Source of the DNA: a virus
Taxonomy: Duplodnaviria; Caudoviricetes
Strand: one strand, 5' to 3'
DNA: 64,000 nucleotides
Virus record (IMG/VR): IMGVR_UViG_3300014205_005221
Span: 96,001 to 160,000 of that record
Numbering within the stretch: the stretch's first letter is position 1; each line of letters opens with the position of its first letter. Positions 28,406 through 36,158 of this stretch are shown in pieces. The position numbers were made by a program, and so were the translations under genes. The notes under the pieces were generated by a model, which saw only the letters and a program-made list of their open reading frames with translations, was not told the DNA's origin and ran no database searches.

Positions 28406-28420
28406 GCAGGTGTTCTACCC
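28403..28420 (-). repeat. Start-associated 18-bp motif GGGTAGAACACCTGCATG
   Basis: TAG is the upstream stop; ATG is the downstream start. Confidence 0.75.
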
Positions 28421-28621
28421 GCTAGTGAGCTGCCAGAGCCCCCACAAAGACAGGCCAAAGGCCACCACCGTGATCACCGGCAGCAAAACCCACGCCCACT
28501 GCCCCGCCTCATCCGAGATGCAGAACAGAATCACCCACAACATCCACACGAGGAACGCCGCAGCGACCGCACCAAAAAAGACTCCGAGCAACTCCAAAAA
28601 CGGAGGAAGCGTGATCGTCAC
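28415..28621 (-). CDS. Small membrane protein
   Basis: 68 aa, two TM segments. Confidence 0.65.
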   Translation of the reverse strand: MTITLPPFLELLGVFFGAVAAAFLVWMLWVILFCISDEAGQWAWVLLPVITVVAFGLSLWGLWQLTSG

Positions 28622-29280
28622 GTCCGGATCACCACGGTATTGCGCACCTCAACACTGTTAGTGCGGCCACGTTGCGCGCGAGAATCCGCCTTGACCGACG
28701 ACGACTGTGTCTGAGTCTCCGAAGGGAAACGACCGGACAGCAGATCCATCATTTTCTCGACATTGTTCTCAACAATGTGAGTGTAATCCACACCATCCAA
28801 AACCAGCAGAATGGCAAGCTTGCCGTCACGAAGTGCGTAGATCAGCTCTACAGAGTCGGTGAACAGACTCAGAGCCCAATAGCCGCGCTCGTGACCCACT
28901 TCAAGAGACTCGCCAAACCCGGCCGACAGATGCTCATACGCCTTCTGAATGAGCTTGGGGGCATCTTCGATATTTGCGCCAGTCGGAAAGTCGCGAGGAA
29001 GACTTTGACGGTAAGTAGGGTCGCGCCACAACTTACCGAAATCGTCATCCAGCCACACAGTAGGACGCTGCTTACCATCAACAGACAGCTTCACGTTCTT
29101 GAGGAACGTGCGTCCGCTCGGACTGACCTTGAAAAACGCCTCGTTGCGGACCCGGCCGTTATTGGCGATCAGCGTCCAGCCGCGCGTCACCTTAATGACC
29201 TCGGGGACCTCCCCCGTCTGTGCAACAACACGTTCGATGTATTCCTGCACAGACGGGGGATAGATCGAAACATCAGCCAC
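28618..29280 (-). CDS. Hypothetical protein
   Basis: 220 aa, coupled. Confidence 0.7.
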   Translation of the reverse strand: MADVSIYPPSVQEYIERVVAQTGEVPEVIKVTRGWTLIANNGRVRNEAFFKVSPSGRTFLKNVKLSVDGKQRPTVWLDDDFGKLWRDPTYRQSLPRDFPTGANIEDAPKLIQKAYEHLSAGFGESLEVGHERGYWALSLFTDSVELIYALRDGKLAILLVLDGVDYTHIVENNVEKMMDLLSGRFPSETQTQSSSVKADSRAQRGRTNSVEVRNTVVIRT

Positions 29281-30093
29281 TCAGCACCAGCCCCAGTACT
29301 TCTTCAGCGTGTCGATGACCCACGCATCGATCTTCTGGTAGTCCGGCTTCTCCGGGAGCGGACCGGCACCGGACTTCATCAGATCAAAGATCTCCGCTTC
29401 CAGCGCTTCCGCGCGACCCAGAGCTTCCTGCTTGGTGTACTTACCCACACGAAGGTCCCGGATCCAGGTGAGATCCGGTTCCGGGATCGGAAGCGTGATC
29501 GAACCGGTCTTGAGCAGCTCCACGCCCTGCACGCCGAGACGCACCATGTGCCCCGCGAACTTCGTATCGAAACCGTACTGCTCCCTGATATCCGCACGGC
29601 CCTGGTTGCGAGTACCGCCCGAGCGCAGGCCCAGCAGACCCTCACGCTGCGAACGCAGATATCCCGCGTACTTGAACCCGTTGCTCCGCGAAAGAAAAAG
29701 ATGCCGGTTCTCTCGCAGCGAGCGGCCCCACTGATTTGCAAACAGCACATGCTCCTGGGGGACAAACAGCGGAAGCTGCATTGTCGGATTCCCCTGTGCC
29801 ACCAGATCGACATAATGCCGAAGATTGTAAGCAACAAAGTCCAGGTCACCCGGACCGGAGCACACACCCTCGGGCTTGGTGCGCCAGGTGTACGTCTTGG
29901 TGTTCACCGACCCCAGAACCTGACGAGGGTGCTCCAGCCACACACCCATCTCATCGCGGTCGTCGGTTCCCTCGATCGACGTGCCATGCACACCCGAGCC
30001 CGCCAGCACGCGCAGGATCATGCCCTCGCGTGCGACCTTCTGGCGCGGGCTGTCCGGAAGGATCGGAATAACTTCGTTGAATTTAGCGCTCAC
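29281..30093 (-). CDS. Predicted nucleotidyltransferase (Pol-beta superfamily, YcgL/RlaP-like)
   Basis: GSGVHGTS...DDRDEMGV, GNPT, GFDTKFAGHMVRL, LPEKPD motifs. Confidence 0.85.
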   Translation of the reverse strand: MSAKFNEVIPILPDSPRQKVAREGMILRVLAGSGVHGTSIEGTDDRDEMGVWLEHPRQVLGSVNTKTYTWRTKPEGVCSGPGDLDFVAYNLRHYVDLVAQGNPTMQLPLFVPQEHVLFANQWGRSLRENRHLFLSRSNGFKYAGYLRSQREGLLGLRSGGTRNQGRADIREQYGFDTKFAGHMVRLGVQGVELLKTGSITLPIPEPDLTWIRDLRVGKYTKQEALGRAEALEAEIFDLMKSGAGPLPEKPDYQKIDAWVIDTLKKYWGWC

Positions 30094-30106
30094 GTAAATC
30101 TTCTAC

Positions 30107-30571
30107 TCATTCCTTAGGAGGATCGCAGAACTCCGGAGGCGGGTCCGTCACCCACGCCGGAGTGATATCCCGGTCCTCGAACTGAGGATTGCGCGTCCAC
30201 ACGCCGCCGGGCTTACGCTCCCACGCCTGCTCGATGTAGCACCCGACCGACGACATCGACTCGCCCGCACCACGACACTCATGCCACGGCGGATCACCGT
30301 AGCGGAAGTTCTCCGTCAGGTAATCGAGGTTCCACTCCGGCGGAAGCTCATCGCCTTCACGGAAGCTCCGGTACCGGTCATAGCGTGTCCAGCCCTCACC
30401 GACCGACATGCGCAGAGCACACGCCTGACACTCGATGCGAGCCAGCACGGCCCACGTGTCGTAGACGCCCAGCATCCGAGGATGGAAAGCCGCGTAACGC
30501 GGAACCCCGTAGCCATCGTGCCACAACGGGGTTCCGGCAATCTCGCGAATATCCTGATAGTCAGGAAGCAT
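30107..30571 (-). CDS. Hypothetical protein
   Basis: 154 aa; CQAC, YGDPPWHEC; starts at motif. Confidence 0.7.
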   Translation of the reverse strand: MLPDYQDIREIAGTPLWHDGYGVPRYAAFHPRMLGVYDTWAVLARIECQACALRMSVGEGWTRYDRYRSFREGDELPPEWNLDYLTENFRYGDPPWHECRGAGESMSSVGCYIEQAWERKPGGVWTRNPQFEDRDITPAWVTDPPPEFCDPPKE

Positions 30572-30586
30572 GTCAGAGTCCTACCC
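30569..30586 (-). repeat. Start-associated 18-bp motif GGGTAGGACTCTGACATG
   Basis: Gene junction; TAG is the upstream stop. Confidence 0.85.
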
Positions 30587-31021
30587 CGGGAGAAGACGCC
30601 TTGAGAACAAGTCCTTCAGCTCAAGGCGCGCCTGCGCTTTCCACTGCTCCTCGGTGCACGGGGAATACTCACCCCACACCTTCTGACCGAGCAGCCGACA
30701 ATCGTAGTCCGCCTCGGTGGGATCGTTGTCGATCGAATAGCCCTCCCGCTCCTGATAGCTCGGAGCGGGATCCCGGAACGGGCAGTCAGGACAGAACGAA
30801 CCCGGACCGTAGTCCGGGGACATCGTCGAACCGTTGAGCAGCCACTGCAAAGCCGGATAGAAATGCTCGTCAGCAGAGTCCGCCATCTCAGCGAGAGTAT
30901 CGCCGTAGAGAGACAGCGTGCACTCAGAGCACGACAGTCCCCAAAACACCTGACCGGTGTAACGGCGGTAGGAACGCAGCTTCGAGCGGTGCACCAACGG
31001 CATCGCCCCGCGCTCAGACAT
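30581..31021 (-). CDS. Hypothetical Cys-rich protein
   Basis: 146 aa; CSEC, CPDC. Confidence 0.6.
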   Translation of the reverse strand: MSERGAMPLVHRSKLRSYRRYTGQVFWGLSCSECTLSLYGDTLAEMADSADEHFYPALQWLLNGSTMSPDYGPGSFCPDCPFRDPAPSYQEREGYSIDNDPTEADYDCRLLGQKVWGEYSPCTEEQWKAQARLELKDLFSRRLLPG

Positions 31022-31214
31022 CAGAAAGTCCCGGAACCTTTACGCCCCAGCACCTAGCTACCTTGCGAAGCACCGTCGTCGCATAAATGACGGACTCCTG
31101 CGTGTTGTACCCCGCCTGCGAGTAAATACGAATCAGATGATGAACTGCCTCGTGGAGAGCGTCTTCATCCACCGAAACCGGCAGACACACCATGACATCC
31201 TCGACGTTCTCCAC
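31014..31214 (-). CDS. Hypothetical protein
   Basis: GTG 31214 with GGAGG RBS. Confidence 0.5.
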   Translation of the reverse strand: MENVEDVMVCLPVSVDEDALHEAVHHLIRIYSQAGYNTQESVIYATTVLRKVARCWGVKVPGLSDV

Positions 31215-31216
31215 GA

Positions 31217-31420
31217 CTACACCTCCGGAGGGAACGCCACGTCCCAACACGACGGGCAGATACCTGACATCAGCTGCTCACGACGGTCCACACTCAGATC
31301 ACTCAGAGCTTCCTGAATATGTGCACCGTGCTTCCACCGGTTGTACCCGATCTGATCGACCTCGAACTCGTCGACCTTGTGACACGTCGGGCACTCGGAA
31401 CTTACCAACAATACGGACAT
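31217..31420 (-). CDS. Small Zn-ribbon protein
   Basis: CPTC...IQEAL..LS.D.REQLMSGICPSCWD. Confidence 0.7.
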   Translation of the reverse strand: MSVLLVSSECPTCHKVDEFEVDQIGYNRWKHGAHIQEALSDLSVDRREQLMSGICPSCWDVAFPPEV

Positions 31421-31421
31421 G

Positions 31422-31751
31422 TCACTTACCCACCGGACGCTTGCCTCCGCAAAACTGATCCCACTCGGTCATCCGCAGCAGCGGCGTCGCGCCACCACCG
31501 CTGTCGCTACGGCCCGACGACGGCGTGGCGAAACCCAGGCCATCGACACACACCTTGGCGATGTTCGGGTACAGGTCTGCGTTGCGATACACCTCGATGT
31601 AGTCCACGTCGCTAACCACATCGACCGGAGAGCCCTCGTGGCCGCCCCGGTCACCGAGCTGCTCCGCACACCCGGTCAGCAGCGCGAGCGACAGCCCAGC
31701 GCCGACCAGAACACCCACAACACGCTTAGTCCTCACGGGGATCCCTTTCAC
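31422..31751 (-). CDS. Putative lipoprotein
   Basis: Basic N-terminus, hydrophobic core, LTGC lipobox. Confidence 0.7.
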   Translation of the reverse strand: MKGIPVRTKRVVGVLVGAGLSLALLTGCAEQLGDRGGHEGSPVDVVSDVDYIEVYRNADLYPNIAKVCVDGLGFATPSSGRSDSGGGATPLLRMTEWDQFCGGKRPVGK

Positions 31752-31760
31752 AACGAAGTT

Positions 31761-31916
31761 CTACCGGGGACGACGCTTCTTGCGGTCGACCACAACAGGC
31801 TTAGCAATGCTCAAAATATGCTCAGAAAACTCGCACCCGGGACGGGCGCAGTACCGCATGCTGCGCTGGGTCAGAAACTTGCCGTGACCACACTCAGGGC
31901 ATTTCCATGCGCTCAC
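31761..31916 (-). CDS. Small Zn-finger protein (51 aa)
   Basis: GTG 31916 with GAGGAG RBS; CPEC...CARPGC. Confidence 0.6.
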   Translation of the reverse strand: MSAWKCPECGHGKFLTQRSMRYCARPGCEFSEHILSIAKPVVVDRKKRRPR

Positions 31917-31926
31917 GGCACACTCC

Positions 31927-32430
31927 TCAGCGGTCGCCTTCGAGCAGCCGCTCGAACGCCTCGACGTTGCCCTTCGCATCGTTGACCGGGTTATGGTCAT
32001 GCGGGGTCCGACGGTACTTCTTCCATCCCTGCGTGTTCGGGAAGTTGTCCTTGAGCCCGGCGTAGTAGTCCGAGATCCGACGGCCCGAGTGCCCGAACGG
32101 GTTGTCCCGATCAGCACGGTCGAACATGCCCGCGATCCACATGAAGTCGTAGGCAGGGTTGTCCGACACCAGCACCGCACGCGAACCCTCGGGAAGCACG
32201 TTCAGCAGCCACAAGCCGAGATCGATCGACACCTCCTCGTCGGAGGCGACGCGCTCACCCACCACGGGAATCGCCGGATTCTCCGGATCCGGGTACGACT
32301 CGAACAGCCGACCGTGGAAAGTCTCTCGCGAGGTGAAGTGCACACACCCGAACTCGGTCAGCGTGCCGTTCACCGGAGACCGGCCCCGCGCTTCGCAGTC
32401 TACGAAAATCAGCTTGTCCAGGTATGCCAT
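31927..32430 (-). CDS. DEDD 3'-5' exonuclease (RNase AS/Rv2179c-like)
   Basis: FVDCE, DNPAYDF, NPFGHS, HNPVNDA (DEDDh) motifs. Confidence 0.8.
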   Translation of the reverse strand: MAYLDKLIFVDCEARGRSPVNGTLTEFGCVHFTSRETFHGRLFESYPDPENPAIPVVGERVASDEEVSIDLGLWLLNVLPEGSRAVLVSDNPAYDFMWIAGMFDRADRDNPFGHSGRRISDYYAGLKDNFPNTQGWKKYRRTPHDHNPVNDAKGNVEAFERLLEGDR

Positions 32431-32445
32431 GTCAGTGTTCTACCC
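32428..32445 (-). repeat. Start-associated 18-bp motif GGGTAGAACACTGACATG
   Basis: Intergenic, ends in the start ATG. Confidence 0.85.
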
Positions 32446-32446
32446 G

Positions 32447-32719
32447 TCAGAAAAGAACTTTGATGATCCGGGCCAGACACACACCCGGAGGCGGCGAGGG
32501 GTTCAGCACGACCACGCGGGCCTCAGACGGGTTGTGCCGGAACGAATTCGCGGGCACCAGCACCCAATTGCCCACTCGCGTCGACGTGGGCGCCAGGTAG
32601 GTGTAAACCCGGCCCAGCGGGTCGAACTGCACACCGACGGTGAAGTCTTCCTCCGCCGACGCCATGAACGACACGATCTCCGTATCAGAGATCGTCAGCT
32701 CTTCAACGTTGGTAACCAT
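32447..32719 (-). CDS. Hypothetical protein
   Basis: 90 aa; VGVQF...YTY...VGNWVLVP. Confidence 0.65.
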   Translation of the reverse strand: MVTNVEELTISDTEIVSFMASAEEDFTVGVQFDPLGRVYTYLAPTSTRVGNWVLVPANSFRHNPSEARVVVLNPSPPPGVCLARIIKVLF

Positions 32720-32734
32720 GTAGGTGTCCTACCC
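32717..32734 (-). repeat. Start-associated 18-bp motif GGGTAGGACACCTACATG
   Basis: Intergenic, ends in the start ATG. Confidence 0.8.
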
Positions 32735-32736
32735 GG

Positions 32737-32970
32737 TCAGTACGCAGTGCCCTGGATGTCCAGCCGATGGTCCTCCAGCAGCCGCACACGCTCGCGGAAC
32801 GAATCGATCGCCGCCTCCACGGTCAGCTCCACCTCGTCAGCGACCAGGGCGTCCGCAATCTCCTGCAGCTCCCAGCACTCGACGATGATGTCCCACCCAT
32901 CCTCGTGGTAGCGATGCTCGGCGTAGGCGTAGACAAACTTCGCCAGCTCCATGGGGGTGTGCTCAGCCAC
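32737..32970 (-). CDS. Hypothetical protein
   Basis: 77 aa; YHEDGWDIIVECW; GAGGA RBS. Confidence 0.7.
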   Translation of the reverse strand: MAEHTPMELAKFVYAYAEHRYHEDGWDIIVECWELQEIADALVADEVELTVEAAIDSFRERVRLLEDHRLDIQGTAY

Positions 32971-33217
32971 GATTCCTCTTCACCCTGTGCGAATCCAACA
33001 TTTCGCGGTGCTGCTCAGTCCACCAAGCGCGGAACTCACGTGACACCCGCAGAGTCTCGCCGGTAAAGGCGAAATACCTAGCCTGCTCCCACGTCGGAAA
33101 AGCCCAGCCCCGAGACGAACCAACCGGCCGCACGTGCCAAGGCCACGCAGCCGCCTCCGGAGTGCCGTAACCCTTCTGACCCGGGCGAATCTTGAAAACC
33201 TCACACCGCCTAGTCAC
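32963..33217 (-). CDS. Hypothetical protein
   Basis: 84 aa, overlapping coupling at both ends. Confidence 0.55.
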   Translation of the reverse strand: MTRRCEVFKIRPGQKGYGTPEAAAWPWHVRPVGSSRGWAFPTWEQARYFAFTGETLRVSREFRAWWTEQHREMLDSHRVKRNRG

Positions 33218-33446
33218 GACGATCCACCTTGTACGTGAAACGCTGCGTCGTACGGAAATACGCCACAGCCTTCATCATCTCCAGCGCCTGATCCAGATCA
33301 ACGTGAGCACCCTCCCAGAACGGAGTGCCCATCTGCTCCAGGAGCATCTCGTCCTCCCCCTCGGGCAGCGGCCACACCCGGAACCGGCCCTCGCGGTCCA
33401 CGAGCATCATTGCCGCCGCAGGAACAGGAAACGACTGCTCCGCCAT
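33210..33446 (-). CDS. Hypothetical protein (MAEQSFPV...)
   Basis: ATG 33446 coupled to a TGA in another frame. Confidence 0.55.
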   Translation of the reverse strand: MAEQSFPVPAAAMMLVDREGRFRVWPLPEGEDEMLLEQMGTPFWEGAHVDLDQALEMMKAVAYFRTTQRFTYKVDRRD

Positions 33447-33686
33447 CACGCACTCTCCCGAGAGGTGCGCACCAGATCCCGCGTCGCCAACTTGCCCACG
33501 CCCAGCGCCAGCAACAGCCCACCCAGAAACACCGAAACCACCCAGAACGTCAGCCCGAAGTCCAGCAACGCCCCCGATGAGCGCCACCGCGAACAGCCCC
33601 ACCCGGATCACCAGACGCAGCACCAGCGTGACCAGCTCATCGAGCGAACGCAGCAGCGCCTCTTCGCCACTCACCTCAGGCATCAT
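33446..33686 (-). pseudogene. Membrane protein apparently frameshifted at a G5 run (or sequence error)
   Basis: Removing one G at 33571-33575 gives ...LIGALLDFGLTFWVVSVFLGGLLLALGVGK...RESA* ending in TGATG coupling. Confidence 0.45.
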
Positions 33687-33889
33687 GCACTCCCGAACTG
33701 GAACGAAATGAAGCACTCGTCCTCACCGGGAATGAATCCCAGCTCATCGAGCCGAGCCAACTCCTCAGAAGAGAACAGGCCCGGATCCACGCACACGGTC
33801 AGCACGTCATGCTCGCAATGCGTAGGCGACGAAGGGTTAGCGCGCGTACGCATCAGCAGCAGGATCCCAAGAAGCGCAAGATCGATCAT
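33683..33889 (-). CDS. Hypothetical protein
   Basis: PTHCEHDVL...ELARLDELGF...FGSA. Confidence 0.65.
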   Translation of the reverse strand: MIDLALLGILLLMRTRANPSSPTHCEHDVLTVCVDPGLFSSEELARLDELGFIPGEDECFISFQFGSA

Positions 33890-33895
33890 CCATCA

Positions 33896-34111
33896 CTACA
33901 CCCCAAAGATCATGGTCGTCGCCGGAACACCGGTCAGACCCGTCACGACCAGCGCAACCGCGACCGAGCCGATCAACAGCAGCCCGACCGCAGGAAGACA
34001 CCCGATCTCGCCACCGGAGTCGCGGCGGGCCAGCAGGAAAATCACCGCCACTTCGGCCAGCGCGAGCACTACACCGCAGATCAGCGCGGTCAACTGGATA
34101 GCAGGACTCAT
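33896..34111 (-). CDS. Small two-TM membrane protein
   Basis: 71 aa; starts at motif. Confidence 0.65.
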   Translation of the reverse strand: MSPAIQLTALICGVVLALAEVAVIFLLARRDSGGEIGCLPAVGLLLIGSVAVALVVTGLTGVPATTMIFGV

Positions 34112-34126
34112 GTAGCACTCCTACCC
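34109..34126 (-). repeat. Start-associated 18-bp motif GGGTAGGAGTGCTACATG
   Basis: TAG is the stop of the 52-aa upstream ORF. Confidence 0.7.
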
Positions 34127-34279
34127 GAGCAACTTGATCAGTCCCTGCTCAATCAACTCATCGAGCAGTGCATCCGCAGACTGCAGGCGCAGATCCGCAG
34201 TCAGGTAATCCGGCGGGAAGTAGCTCTCGATCAACGCCACCGCGCATTCACGAACCGTAAAACCCGAGTAATCAGACAT
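34121..34279 (-). CDS. 52-aa hypothetical protein (MSDYSGFTVRECAVALIESYF...KLLG)
   Basis: Not in ORF track; runs exactly from the ATG of one motif to the TAG of the next. Confidence 0.65.
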   Translation of the reverse strand: MSDYSGFTVRECAVALIESYFPPDYLTADLRLQSADALLDELIEQGLIKLLG

Positions 34280-34460
34280 GTCGGTGTCCTACCCGGTAAA
34301 GGTCGGGAACGGCCTGATGGAACCCGCGCCACTTCCGGCACCGCGCCGGGAGATGCTCCACCCAGATACCCGGACCAAAAAACTCCCAAAGAACTCCATC
34401 CAGCACGAACACCAGACGGGTGCAGTTCTCGCACGGATCGCAATCATCGAAGTTGCTCAC
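34272..34460 (-). CDS. Hypothetical Cys-containing protein
   Basis: 62 aa; GTGA coupling. Confidence 0.5.
   Translation of the reverse strand: MSNFDDCDPCENCTRLVFVLDGVLWEFFGPGIWVEHLPARCRKWRGFHQAVPDLYRVGHRHV
34277..34294 (-). repeat. Start-associated 18-bp motif GGGTAGGACACCGACATG
   Basis: Ends in the ATG of the 52-aa ORF. Confidence 0.8.
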
Positions 34461-34657
34461 TTGCCGAACACCTTTCGATACAACCGCGCCGCCATGTCAG
34501 AGACATTGACGTAAATCAACGCCTGGGCGTAGTCGGTATTCTGCGACGCCGGGCGGGTGAGCAGATCCTCCGGGATGGGCTGATCCGACAGCTCCTGCGC
34601 GTACACCTCGTGGATGTCAGACTCATCGACCAGCTGCAGCAGCCACTTGTATCCCAT
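34457..34657 (-). CDS. Hypothetical protein
   Basis: 66 aa; starts at motif. Confidence 0.65.
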   Translation of the reverse strand: MGYKWLLQLVDESDIHEVYAQELSDQPIPEDLLTRPASQNTDYAQALIYVNVSDMAARLYRKVFGK

Positions 34658-34672
34658 GTCAGGGTTCTACCC
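34655..34672 (-). repeat. Start-associated 18-bp motif GGGTAGAACCCTGACATG
   Basis: TAG is the upstream stop. Confidence 0.85.
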
Positions 34673-34849
34673 CTCCGACGCCTCTTCCCACTCTGCGTAG
34701 GAATCGAACAGCGACGGACCCTCACCCGGGAAATCCAGGCCGATGACCGGACCCTCCACCGAACCATCCGGGCGGATGATGCGCACAATCGTGTACCAGC
34801 GATGCACGTCGAACTCGACACGGTCAATCGGACCCTCAATAATCTTCAT
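34667..34849 (-). CDS. Hypothetical protein
   Basis: 60 aa, runs motif to motif. Confidence 0.65.
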   Translation of the reverse strand: MKIIEGPIDRVEFDVHRWYTIVRIIRPDGSVEGPVIGLDFPGEGPSLFDSYAEWEEASEG

Positions 34850-34864
34850 GTCAGAGTTCTACCC
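34847..34864 (-). repeat. Start-associated 18-bp motif GGGTAGAACTCTGACATG
   Basis: Upstream gene stops at the internal TGA. Confidence 0.85.
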
Positions 34865-35186
34865 TAGAGGTGTAGCGATACGCCTGACGCATACGAACTT
34901 CCACATTCAGTCGAATGTCAATACGCTGCTGCATAGACGGATAAGAATACTTACCGCTCATGCCTCTAAAAGTAGTCATCGCAACAGACTGCACCGGAGA
35001 GGGGCCCGGAGTAGCGGCCTCCAAATAATTTCCCTTGCGGCTCACGACAGCGTCGAGCTTCTTACTCCTAGTGACGGCCCAGTCCAAGGCGTCCGCAGCC
35101 TCATCAACGCTGACCTGCCACAACACCGCAGCCGCGACCAGTAGGTCACAGGTGCGGGCAACACGCTCATCTCCCCAACGAGTCAT
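34851..35186 (-). CDS. Hypothetical protein
   Basis: 111 aa, runs motif to motif. Confidence 0.6.
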   Translation of the reverse strand: MTRWGDERVARTCDLLVAAAVLWQVSVDEAADALDWAVTRSKKLDAVVSRKGNYLEAATPGPSPVQSVAMTTFRGMSGKYSYPSMQQRIDIRLNVEVRMRQAYRYTSRVEL

Positions 35187-35201
35187 GTCAGGGTCCTACC
35201 C
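35184..35201 (-). repeat. Start-associated 18-bp motif GGGTAGGACCCTGACATG
   Basis: TAG is the stop of the EndoVII-like gene. Confidence 0.85.
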
Positions 35202-36029
35202 GTCCAGCGAGGACCGCGCGTGGCGGAGGATGTACTCGTCGAACGCCGCTCCGGAAATGTTCATAGTCTCCAACCGACCTAATGTGGTGTTACAGCTGAA
35301 ACACAGCAGCTGACGAAGACACAAACCGCAGGACTGCCGACCCGGACAACACGCGTGGTCGTGATCCACAGCCAACCGACGATCACCCGGCGAAGCCCCA
35401 CAAATGGCACAAACCCACCCCTGAGCATCCGCCATACGTTCATAATCTTCAACAGTAAGTTTATACAAAAACCAAATTCTACTTACCCAAACCTGATCTA
35501 AATAAAGCTCACGCTGATCGTCAGTCATAGAGTCATAACGAACTTTACGTTCAATTTTACGACAAACTCGGCATACGACCTGATATCCAGATTCGACCGT
35601 CTGGTCTTCATAAAAACTAAGCACAGGCTTGCTCTCACCACAGGTAAGACACACCCGGACGCCATCGACAACCGGGTTTTCCTGATCCTTGATCGAAGGA
35701 AGTACATAGTCCGGACCACGCCACTTCTCCGCCTGCTTGGCGTTGGCCTTGCGCTGCAGCGCGCGGGCACACGGGAGACAGCGTCCGGTAAGACGCCTAC
35801 CCTCACCGCGATTCTTCTTCACCAGCTGCGCCAGCTCCATCGGAAGCTTCTCCCGGCACTGCGTGCAGGTGAACTCCGGATCCTCAGGCGTGAGGCCACG
35901 GTTGGGCTGACGCTCAGACGGCGTCTGCTTCATGCCAGGGCGGGGGATACCCGGGCGCCCGGACCCGGGACGAGGAACTCCCTTCCCACCCTTAGACGGC
36001 GGACTGCCAACAAAAACTGCGTCTTCCAC
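35196..36029 (-). CDS. Endonuclease VII-family nuclease (likely homing endonuclease)
   Basis: YKLTVEDYERM..AQGWVCAIC...LAVDHDH...LLCFSCNTTLG; extra N-terminal CxxC Zn fingers. Confidence 0.85.
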   Translation of the reverse strand: MEDAVFVGSPPSKGGKGVPRPGSGRPGIPRPGMKQTPSERQPNRGLTPEDPEFTCTQCREKLPMELAQLVKKNRGEGRRLTGRCLPCARALQRKANAKQAEKWRGPDYVLPSIKDQENPVVDGVRVCLTCGESKPVLSFYEDQTVESGYQVVCRVCRKIERKVRYDSMTDDQRELYLDQVWVSRIWFLYKLTVEDYERMADAQGWVCAICGASPGDRRLAVDHDHACCPGRQSCGLCLRQLLCFSCNTTLGRLETMNISGAAFDEYILRHARSSLDG

Positions 36030-36046
36030 AAAACCTCCAGAAACGA

Positions 36047-36089
36047 CTGAGAGGGCAGAACCCCTTTCACAGGAGTCCTACCCTCTCAG
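36047..36089 (-). terminator. 19-bp hairpin (probable terminator) after major capsid gene
   Basis: CUGAGAGGGUAGGACUCCU-GUGAA-AGGGGUUCUGCCCUCUCAG pairs fully (3 G.U) only on minus-strand RNA; followed by UCGUUUCU. Confidence 0.75.
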
Positions 36090-36158
36090 AGGCTAGAAGA
36101 TTTTGCCAGTGTTTTATTTTGGCCTTCTAGATGACCTTCAGATCAACGTTTCCGCAGG

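Noticed and set aside
31761-32180. 139-aa ORF as listed in the track
   Set aside because: Its 5' part overlaps the exonuclease gene; the real gene likely starts at GTG 31916 with a good RBS
28403-35201. 18-bp repeat as a CRISPR array
   Set aside because: Spacing is irregular (168 bp to >2 kb), intervening sequences are whole genes, and there are no cas genes
28403-35230. Conserved -35 box (TCAGGC-N17) upstream of the island motif
   Set aside because: Exact in only two copies (34277, 34847), with a loose CAGG in two others; not consistent enough
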